A stretch of DNA of 63,916 bases, counting the filler, from Klebsormidium nitens (taxonomy: Eukaryota > Plantae > Klebsormidiophyceae), in the NCBI GenBank assembly GCA_000708835.1. It is 6 parts of 6 records of this genome, joined end to end, with 100 filler letters (N's around TTAATTAATTAA, not from the genome) between each part and the next. Parts side by side here need not be neighbours in the genome. Positions count along the whole stretch, not along the records: positions 1 to 24,082 come from DF237426.1; 5 more parts are not named here. One strand, given 5' to 3'. Shown here piece by piece: positions 12,291 to 21,177 of the stretch. The position numbers and the translations under genes are program-made. Under the pieces are notes generated by a model. It made no database searches. It was not told where the DNA came from and saw nothing but the letters and a program-made list of their open reading frames with translations. The first letter of the stretch is position 1. Every line of letters starts with the position of its first letter.

Positions 12291-15200
12291 TCCTGGGTCT
12301 GGTGCCATCGACTATGAATACATTCTACCCGGGAATGGTCGGACGAATCGGGCAGGCTCACTTAAAACGCGCGCTCTCAACCGCAAGCGTTCCACGAGAT
12401 CAGCAGGTGTCCTACTTTTCCGAACTTGGGAAACATTCCCCCTTTGCAATACACTGATATCGTCTTGTGTGCCTGTCTCCCCCGCAGGATGCCGCGCCCT
12501 GTGCCGCGCAGGTTGGGGCAACGCCCTGTCTGGACCCCATCCTCGCCGCTGCGCATCACTTTCACTCGTTGGGAGTCGTGACCGTCACCCTCGACCTTGA
12601 TGAGGAGTGCAACCGCGCTGGCGAGGTCAAGAAGTCCGCAAAGCGCTTGGGGGCCTGGAGCCAGGCCAACTACGGCAACTGCCTGAGCGAGGAGTTTGCC
12701 AAACCCGGCCGAAACTCCATTGCCATCGTCACGGAGGCGTCCGACATCTTTGCAGTCGACGTCGATGTGAAGGACGGGGGTTTCAAAGCTCTCGAACGAA
12801 TGCTCGAAGAGCATGGGGGTTTTGTAGACGATACGCCCCGCGTGACGACCGGGAACGGGGGGCTGCACATCCTCTTTTCTCTGTCCAAGTCCGAGAAGGC
12901 CGGTCTGCGGAACAGCAGAAACCGGGCCCGGATTTGGTACAAGGGAGAAAGGGTAGGCATCGACATCCGCGGCAGAGGGGGGATGCTGTACACTGCACCC
13001 AGCCGCTACCAAGGCCTCGACGGCGAGCTCCGGCGCTACGAGTGGGACCACGAGATCCACCCCAACCGCTCTAATCTCAGGGCAATTCCGGATTGGCTGA
13101 TAGCCATTCTGAATGTGGACCAACCGGGCACTGCCAATGGGGCCCGTTCCAGAACTAGGTAAGTCTGGTGCCAACTTGCTGCAATCGCTCCCCGAGTGGC
13201 TGATCTCGGTCATCCACAGCCCGGAGTTTGAGCAGCACCGATTAAGCGCTCTGTCTGGTCCGACTTCACATTTTAACGGTTGATTCATGCTTGCGCTCAG
13301 GATGCAATGTTCATCTCTCCGTTGAGTGCGCAATCGAAGCTGTGCCAGAGATGCTGCTTACACAAACAACTGTATTAAAAGAAGTTAGTTGATTGACAAA
13401 GGTGCACGTGTTGCCCATAGTCCGAGCACTGGTGCTTTCTGCTCTGACAGAATCTGAGAGAACCTGGGCTCGTCTTTGGTGCTTCTCGTTGAGCCACCGT
13501 GCTGACGAAATCGAGGATTCTCTGCAGATTGCCAGCCCCGGTGCCGTGCCGCTCCACTCGCTCACCTGAAGACCTGTTTTTCGGGGCTCGAGAGGAGGAC
13601 CAGTCTCCCCCGCCGCCCACCGTTTTTAGCGCGTCGAGGAATGCGTGGCAGCCACCGGGGACTCGCACTCCCGCTTCGATAAGCTGAAGAGGTCTCCTGC
13701 TGGCGAGCTGTACGTCTTTCGCACAAACGGCCCGCGCACCTGTCCTTACGGGGCGCAACACAGTGGTAAAAACAACTTCTGCGTCTTGTTGCGCGGGACC
13801 GACCTCCTCTATCACTGCAACAGCCCCGAGTGCTGCAATGTACACCCTCGGCGAAAGATCGGGGAGCTCACGCTGCGCGATAGCATGCTGGGGGGAGAGA
13901 CGGCCCCTGTCGCGGCCGAAGACCCCACCGTGTACAAGATGCTGACCAAATCTTTTCGTGGACGCCTGGGCGTTTGACAAGGACAAGGGCGGTAGTCGAA
14001 TCGCAGCCCAGATGTACTCAAAGTGCCGGAGGTGAGGAGCCTTGCAGCGAGAGCGTTCAAAGTGAAGTGATCTGCACATCGTCTCTCTTGTGGACAGGTC
14101 TCCCCTTGGTCGGCCTCGGTTGCTTACCTAGAAGCTATCTCTGTCTTTGCTTCTGGAATTTTTCCGTGTTGTGGGGCGCCAAGTCTAGCAATCTGATTAC
14201 TTCCAGAAGCACGAGCATCAGTACCACTGAAGCCCCACCAATCAAAGGATGCGGTCCATGTTTTGAGGTGCTAGCAATCTGGCATGCATTCTCGTCTCCA
14301 CGGACCCATGGGCAACTTTACTACTCTTTTCTTGAAGGCTCTGGCACGACGGAAAGGAGTGGTGGATGTGGGAGGGAAAGCGCTTTCAAACGGCGAGCCA
14401 GGCTCGCGTGCGCTACATCATCATGCATCAGCTGAGCACCGTGTACAAACGAGTGAGAGTCGAGCTGAGCGAAGAGTTGGCGGGAACCACCAATAAGGAG
14501 AGGGCTGCAGAGCTTGAGGCTCTTCTCAGGAACCTCAAGTCCTACAATTGCTCGCATGAGGTCGATTCGACCCTGAAGATCATGGAGGGAGAGATGTACT
14601 TGTGCCTGGCTAGCGAGCTGGACGGCGATCCCGACATCCTCAACGTCCGGAATGGAGTGATCGACCTGCGCACCGGTCAGCTCGACGTCCACAGGCCAGC
14701 GTATGGCTGCACGATGATAGCGGATGTAGACTACAAGGTGAGGATGCATTCATCGATTCCACTTGGAGTGGCTTCTGTTTGTACGGCAGTGGGGCCCGGC
14801 TAAGCTTTTCTGTGATGAGAGCGCTCGGCATCGGCATACGCAGAGGGCCACTTTGCAAGCTTCCTTCTCAGCGTCTTCCGCTCAGATACTATCGCATGAT
14901 CAGCATTGAGAAGAAATGTTGTCCTTGCAACTTGTGGCGTCAAAGATGGAGTGTATCTAAAGCTTCGATGCAGATCTTGGGCGAGGCATTGGTTCGCCCA
15001 GATTGACGTTTCAGCTTGAGACGCAAGAGCAGAGAGAGAGAGAGAACAATTGGACTCATCCAGACCTTCCTCCTTTTTCCCTGAAGGGACTGGACCACCC
15101 GTCTCCCACTGTCGACAACTTTCTGAACGACATCTTCAACGAAGATCGGGCCCTCATCTACTTCATGCAGCGACTCTGGGGATACTCTATCAATGGGAGA

Positions 15201-15313
15201 ACGACGGCGGAGCTCATGGTGTTTCTCCTTGGAATTGGCGGTAAGTTGAAAAGATCTTTTGCACCTCAAGTCGGTGGCACGCAGCAGTCCATAGACGGCG
15301 CATATACCACCGC

Positions 15314-15372
15314 GTCCAAGGTGTCCAAGCTTTTTGTAGGCCTTTTTCAAGCGCCAATCTGGTGACGTCAGC
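15314..15372. repeat. A-type TGACGTCA/TGTCCAAG unit inside the D5 intron
   Basis: gtccaaggtgtccaag...tgacgtcagc. Confidence 0.75.
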
Positions 15373-15440
15373 CGCTGTCAAAAACGCATAGCCTTATAGA
15401 GTTGAAGTTTGTCTGGTCTGACTGGGCAGTTAAATCGATC

Positions 15441-15863
15441 TTAGGTTGGGCAGACGAGACACTCTCCACAGAGCCTGTTCAGAACAGTCAAGTATTCCTG
15501 AACTTTCCCTGGCTTGCAAAGCTCGTTTGAGATGTGATACTCAACAAGGGTCTGATGGCAAGCAGCCTCTGTCAAACGACAATCCTCGGCTTCGAAAGCC
15601 CACAGTTGAATCTCTTGACCGTAGTAGGTCACGTAACGGCTCTGGAGATCCGGAAGGGTACCCTTCCATGAGCCTATTTTGACCACTTGCACAGTGGGGG
15701 AGGTTACAAGATACACAGATCCTCTGAGGCTCTCTGCTTGTTCTGCTTGCTCTCTGCTCTTGACAAACGTGGCCTCGTCCCAGAGCAGGCATCTGAGGGA
15801 TGGCAGGTTCTGAGATATTTCTGCCGGCCGGCCGGAGTGCTCACAGCAAGCTCCGGCCGGCAT
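15441..15863 (-). CDS. T5orf172/MUG113-like (GIY-YIG superfamily) nuclease nested in the D5 intron
   Basis: GSVYLV..VKIG..L..RY.T..E...H..L..Y...E matches the T5orf172-type pattern. Confidence 0.65.
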   Translation of the reverse strand: MPAGACCEHSGRPAEISQNLPSLRCLLWDEATFVKSREQAEQAESLRGSVYLVTSPTVQVVKIGSWKGTLPDLQSRYVTYYGQEIQLWAFEAEDCRLTEAACHQTLVEYHISNELCKPGKVQEYLTVLNRLCGECLVCPT

Positions 15864-15904
15864 GCAAAACAGACGGTACTAAGTCCTGAATTGGAACGCG
15901 TCTG

Positions 15905-16020
15905 AGGTGTCCAAGCTTTTGTACGACTTTTCTGTGCACCTTCTGATCACGTCAGCAGCTGTCAATGGAGCTTGAGGACTGTACCCAAGTTTCTCTGACG
16001 GCTTTTGAATGATGTCAGCA
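15905..16020. repeat. Two degenerate A-type units inside the D5 intron
   Basis: ggtgtccaagctttt...gatcacgtcagcag and gaatgatgtcagca. Confidence 0.65.
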
Positions 16021-17112
16021 TGGGTCAGATTGCAAGAACACAACCGAGTCTAAGCTTCTAAGGATATGAATCTCCATCAGGCAACGGAAAAGGAGTCTGC
16101 AAGCAGATGTTGGAGGCCACGCTGGGCGACTACTATGGTGTGATGGCCAAGGACGCCGTGGTGAAGAGCCCCGGACAACGCCCTCCCTCCAAAGGGGGCG
16201 CGACGGGGTACCTGGCCGAGCTGCGCGGCTTGCGAGTCGCTATAACCGATGAGACCAGCCCCGGCGAGCGCGTCGATTTGGGATTGGTCTTGCTGATGAC
16301 CGGGGGCGGCAAAGTTACAGCGCGATTGCTCTACAAGAACAACGTCGCCTTCCGCTGCTCTCACACGCCCTTCAACCAGACGAACTACGATCCGGAGATC
16401 CCACTGACGCTCGCGAAACAGAACAACATCGATCGGCGTCTGATCGTGGTTCGGTTTCCGAACGAGTACGTGACGGAGAATAAATTCGATGCATCCAACC
16501 CCAGCCACAGGCTAGTAGATTCCGGGCTGAAGGATCGGATGGAGACGATGGTGGTCCGAGAAGAGTTCCTCTCATTCTTGGTGAGGGGGAGCGTCGCTTG
16601 GTACGAGAACCCGGACGTCTTGAAGACCCATCCTCCTGCCGTTCAAGCGGCGAGGAACGCATGGTTGCAAAAAGGGGACAAGCTGCAGGTATTCTTGCGG
16701 GAGCACTGCGTCATGGATCCCAACGAGACCGCCGAGAGAGATCTGTCGGTGGTTTGGGAGGAGGAGTTTTGGGTACGATTCCAGGTGTATGCCGGTATGA
16801 AGATCCCCAAGGAGGAATTGGCTAGGCAGATGGGAGAGAAGGGGTATCCTAGAAGGAAGCGGCGCTCTGAGACGGGCAATCCGGATTCAGGAAGAGCTCT
16901 TTGCTATTTGGGCTTCAAATGCGAATACTAGGCGGTTGGATGAGCCACGGTTGTTTTATTTGGTTGTCAAGACCCGCGAGCCTGCACCGTAAACAACAAG
17001 TTATTGCGACCTTGCATGTTATTGCGCAACTAGGCTTGAGCACAATACTTATACGACTTTGCGCAGTCGAGCATGGGATGTGCCTTAGCCGTGTCGTGCA
17101 TCGCGGTACTGT

Positions 17113-17296
17113 GCTGACGTCATCATTGCATGCCCACTGAGAATACTCTGCGTACAAGTTTGGACACTTCGGACATGCGCACATCTTTGGCCATGCTGAC
17201 GTCATCATCCGCATGCCTCAGGAAAGTCCTCCAGAAATTTGGACACCTTGGACAAGTGCATTCTACTCCAATGGCTGGTTTGCTGACGTCATCATC
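17113..17296. repeat. Three B-type units (GCTGACGTCATCAT...TTGGACAC.TTGGACA) downstream of D5 copy 1
   Basis: Units start at 17113, 17195 and 17282; the third is partial. Confidence 0.9.
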
Positions 17297-17351
17297 TGCG
17301 TTTGCATTTTGTATTGGCGATCATATTCTCCGCCTTCAGCCTGCCTGCTTG

Positions 17352-17741
17352 TTACGAAGATTCAGTGTAACCGCGCTCCAAGCCGGTATCGAGCATCTGC
17401 TGCACTACATGCAATATTAAGTTCACTTGCTGCACTGAATATCCGCCCTCTTTGTATCCAATTCTTAGTGCGCAATTGAGGAAGGCCACGAGAGTGCTTA
17501 GTGTGGTCGTCTTTGATATGGGTTCCATAGCATGAACTAGGAGCATAAGTATACCTCTTCTCAGATTTGTATTGTGGATCGAATGATCTTGTAGACCTCT
17601 CTCGATCAACCGGATTGCACTATCCAACTGTGGGTTGAGTTGATCGACTTCAGCTAGAAGGTGCCGCATGTCATGATGCTCGTCAATCCGGACAGTACAT
17701 AGACTAGTCGTCGGTTTGGCGAGACAAACGATATGTGCCAT
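17352..17741 (-). CDS. Hypothetical protein
   Basis: 129-aa ATG-started ORF in an intergenic position. No domain recognised. Confidence 0.35.
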   Translation of the reverse strand: MAHIVCLAKPTTSLCTVRIDEHHDMRHLLAEVDQLNPQLDSAIRLIERGLQDHSIHNTNLRRGILMLLVHAMEPISKTTTLSTLVAFLNCALRIGYKEGGYSVQQVNLILHVVQQMLDTGLERGYTESS

Positions 17742-17823
17742 GGTCCCAATAATTCCTAGTAGTTACGAAAAAAAACTTGTGAAGAGGCGGTTTCATCGTT
17801 GCTTATCCAGTATGAAGGTGGGA

Positions 17824-18345
17824 CTACTCTGAGTCGGATCCCGATTCTGAATCGTCGTCGGACTCGGCTTGCTTTGCCACCAGCTTCCTCTTGGTTTTTG
17901 ATTTCATAGGACTGGATTTTTTGCTTGCCGTTGATTGTTCTGCCAGGCTGCGACTGGGCTTGACTTTTAATGGCTTCTGCAGATGTTCGAAGGCGGCCAA
18001 GGAGAGCTTAGTAGCTGTGGTCTGATAGCTGCCGGTGAAGCCCATATTGGCCGGTCGGTCACTCTTCTTAACACTAGAAATATACACAGTATATGCGAAA
18101 TGTTTGTTAGCAGACCCTCGGGTGCATTCTCGGATCATTATGCTAAAGCTTATAGGCAGCGTCTGTCGTTTGCCCCGGCATCGCTGGGTACGATACAATT
18201 GCGACCCTGCCCTTGCACCCGCCTGACAAGGACGCCCTTTCTGAGCGTCAATCTCTAGCCGGGTATCTGCCAGCAACGGTAACACGTCGTCTCGCTTGTC
18301 ATCGAGCGCGCCAATCACCTTGAATGAGCGTTTCATTGGATCCAT
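17824..18345 (-). CDS. Hypothetical protein with a Lys-rich then acidic C-terminus, possibly spliced
   Basis: 173-aa ORF ending KSKTKRKLVAKQAESDDDSESGSDSE. Confidence 0.35.
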   Translation of the reverse strand: MDPMKRSFKVIGALDDKRDDVLPLLADTRLEIDAQKGRPCQAGARAGSQLYRTQRCRGKRQTLPISFSIMIRECTRGSANKHFAYTVYISSVKKSDRPANMGFTGSYQTTATKLSLAAFEHLQKPLKVKPSRSLAEQSTASKKSSPMKSKTKRKLVAKQAESDDDSESGSDSE

Positions 18346-18718
18346 AGTAGCCTAGTGCACTTGTTAATGATGGCGCAGGAAAAAAAAGAGCACCCCTAGT
18401 GCATCTGGTTTTGCACTAGGCCTGAGCATGGATCTCAATGTTCAACCAAGCCTGGCAAGCAGGGATCAGACGGTTAGAAACGCATGCGGGAGAGCTACTC
18501 AAAAAGTGACTCGTGGCATTTACGTTAGCAGTTACAAAGTCTAAAAAAGTCGACTTTTTTAAGGATAGTTGGGCCCCCGCCTGCACTTTATGAGAGGTTA
18601 CCATAGGGGGTGGTTTCTTGTGACACTTTATTCTGACATTGCATGTTGAAATAACTCGTTCGCTTGGCTCGACATATTAAAAATTATCTCCGGCACTGTA
18701 TTAGGAGCCCACATAAGT

Positions 18719-19552
18719 ATGGATCAAATTCGTGAAGCGCTTTCTGATGGTATTAGGGGCGAAAGTTCCGTCAACTAGTACTGCAATGGGATTGGCCTCT
18801 TATGGAAGATATGCTTCGAGGACGATATAGCCAGCCGACCTCTCCTGGCTAAAGACAAAGGCGCGCAGAATTACGGATGCTGTGCTCGAACGGTATGATA
18901 ATCCAGGCAGTCGGCGAACTCGTCTGGCGCCTTTTCTTGCGGTTTGTTGTAAGTTAGGCTTCTCGGAAGCCTATTCGATCTACTACGAACCATTTAGGAA
19001 GCAAATTACGTCCCTAAAGGCGTTGCGGACCGAGCGAGAAAAAACTTCGACCGTTGAAGATCCAGCTAATATGAGTAGTGATGAAATGGAGCACTATGCA
19101 AAGAAGGTGTCACGGAGGGTTGAAAAATGAGTCTCGATGGACACGAATTGACCTCAAAGGACTTGAAGATCGTGATGATACACGTTATCCTTGAATGGAA
19201 CTTGCTCCTAGCTTGAGAGCATCTACCACGTGTAAAACTATACGGTGAGAGTGCTCTTCCCATCTTGTCTAAGAGGCAACACCGGAAGGACAAGGAAGAT
19301 AGAGCCGTTACTCTCGTGCAAACCTCTCGTTGCAAAGGACAGTACAAGCTCGTATATGACAACGGTGAAGAATACCAGCTTTCAAAGATGTTGTGCAAGT
19401 ACATTCACAGAACACTAGAATTGGTTCCGAGGGGATTTCTGGTAACCTCGATCAAGCATCCGGAGAGTCCGATGACGGCAAGTAACTATTCGATGTTTTG
19501 TAGCAAGATAGGCACGAATGGTAAGTTTCTCAATACTGGGAGCTTAAAGTAA
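18719..19552 (+). pseudogene. Decayed paralog of the downstream tyrosine recombinase
   Basis: Blocks align to the intact copy: ESSVN*Y~DSTVNNY, LAPFLAVCCKLGFSEAY~AAPFAILAAHLHDNEAH, ELTSKDLKIVMIHVIL~KLNRHDKQLVMDHLIL, YIHRTLELVPRGFLV~VILRSFNLIPRQYLI. It has stops and frameshifts and lacks the RH/GH/Y C-terminus. Confidence 0.7.
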
Positions 19553-19614
19553 AACGCGCTTCAATTCGAGAAATAAATTTCCTAGGAGGTATTAAGGGAT
19601 TCAAGACTTGGACC

Positions 19615-20664
19615 ATGGATGGTGAGATGGAGAAGGAGATGCGCGCAATTTTGAAGAAGCAGAGTCCAGACAAGGTTCAACGTGGGGCTCCTCCAAATCG
19701 GGCAGATTCAACGGTAAATAACTACATACGAGACGTGCGGCACGTTTTTGTAAAGGGACCCTGGGGGGGGACGATCCATGACCTTGATTGGGTAAGTGAT
19801 TTCAACGCCGTCAAGAAAGTGCTGAAGGGGCTGACGAATTCTCGAGATGGGAAACCCTTGAAAGATCTCACCAAGGGGAATTACGCAGCTCCCTTTGCAA
19901 TCCTTGCGGCCCACTTGCATGATAACGAAGCGCACGCTGCATATTCTCGCTTCATACAGAAAATGAAACCCACACAGGAGGATCTGGACCAAACGGCTCA
20001 AAAAAAGACCCCAAAAGAAGTAGACAACTGGGTGAGTTGGTCCGAGCTGCTCGACAAGCGTAAAGAACTCGACCAACGCATCAACTCTGAGGTGGTGGCT
20101 AAATTTCGAGATGATCAGAAGTTAAATCGGCACGATAAACAGCTCGTGATGGATCATCTGATACTCTGTCTATACACAATGCCTCTTGGACCACTTCGAA
20201 ACGAATATGCGCATTGTAAGTTCGTTTTGCAAGAGGAGGACGAAATCGAGATCAAGCCGGGTGACGAAAATCTCTGCGAGTTGAATGAAAATCCCGACCA
20301 ATGCTTTTTCTACATCGCACGGCATAAGACCTTGGAGAAAGATGGAGTTCGAAAGCTTGAAATTCCTGAAAATCTTGTGAATGTGATACTCCGCTCTTTC
20401 AATCTCATTCCCAGGCAATATCTAATACTCAAGAGACACTATCTTGACTGGAAGGACGAATCGATAGCAAACTTTACCGTTGTCTTGAACGAGTTAGGAC
20501 AGAGGCACTTCGGTAAGAATCTATCTTGCACATTGCTTCGACACATAAGTCATACTGAGGAGAGTCCTCGATTGCATTCACGCGGTGAGATGCGGGCAAA
20601 AGCGAAGTATATGGGGCATAGCATGAGGACAGCGGACGAGCTCTATAACAGACGATACGGGTGA
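19615..20664 (+). CDS. Tyrosine recombinase/integrase of the virophage/Polinton-like-virus type
   Basis: Intronless 349 aa. Catalytic pattern PLRNE (R), HKT (K), LLRH (R), MGHS (H) and ELY (Y) in the correct order. Confidence 0.85.
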   Translation: MDGEMEKEMRAILKKQSPDKVQRGAPPNRADSTVNNYIRDVRHVFVKGPWGGTIHDLDWVSDFNAVKKVLKGLTNSRDGKPLKDLTKGNYAAPFAILAAHLHDNEAHAAYSRFIQKMKPTQEDLDQTAQKKTPKEVDNWVSWSELLDKRKELDQRINSEVVAKFRDDQKLNRHDKQLVMDHLILCLYTMPLGPLRNEYAHCKFVLQEEDEIEIKPGDENLCELNENPDQCFFYIARHKTLEKDGVRKLEIPENLVNVILRSFNLIPRQYLILKRHYLDWKDESIANFTVVLNELGQRHFGKNLSCTLLRHISHTEESPRLHSRGEMRAKAKYMGHSMRTADELYNRRYG

Positions 20665-20731
20665 CAGCTTATGGTGCGCGTCACCTGTGCCCACAAATTT
20701 TCTCAGGCTTGAAACTAAGGGGCGTACCGCC

Positions 20732-20971
20732 ATGTCGGGCATCCACAATCACTCGAGCTCTTCCTCGTGTCCAGCCTGCTTTGAATCGGCGAAGTACAAG
20801 GAGGAAGTTCAGGCAAAAGGCAGAAAATATGCCAGATCCTATTATCAACTGCATAAGGAGCGGATCTTGCTTAAGAAGGCCCTCGAACGGATAGAGAAGG
20901 GTGTTCGAGTAAGCAGATGTACTAGAGAGCGGTTAAATGAAGCTAACATTCACTCGCTGATCAAGGCGTAG
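20732..20971 (+). CDS. Small basic hypothetical protein with CxxC
   Basis: 79 aa, CPAC followed by basic helix YARSYYQLHKERILLKK, packed between the recombinase and the helicase. Confidence 0.5.
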   Translation: MSGIHNHSSSSSCPACFESAKYKEEVQAKGRKYARSYYQLHKERILLKKALERIEKGVRVSRCTRERLNEANIHSLIKA

Positions 20972-21177
20972 AAGCGCTCATCGGAGTGAAAGCCATTCAT
21001 AAGGACTGGACCACTTGGTGAATGATGCAGAAGTGCATGCAATCAATACATGCAACTTTTGAAGCACATGAAAGCTTGTGCTTCAAGGCGGCAATCGTGA
21101 GGCCATTCGTAGTGCGTTTGTCAATGTCTATTTTTTTCTCGACTTGAAAACAATAGGAGGCGAGCGGATTTGGGACC

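Larger units (their letters stand above)
12467..16931 (+). pseudogene. Intron-containing, frameshifted Prim-Pol/D5-like primase-SF3 helicase (copy 1)
   Basis: Prim-Pol motifs FAVDVDVKD and TTGNGGLH. Cys/His module GPRTCPYGAQHSGKNNF. D5_N NVRNGVIDLRTG. Walker A GIG|GNGKG, Walker B AITDE, motif C FNQTN, Arg finger IDRRL. Phase-compatible GT-AG introns at 14032-14337, 14738-15086 and 15241-16080, tentatively also 13159-13527. Apparent frameshifts near 13625 and 13947. Confidence 0.85.

Noticed and set aside
12377-14079. Long minus-strand ORFs 12377-13333 and 13375-14079
   Set aside because: Antisense shadows of GC-rich D5 exons.
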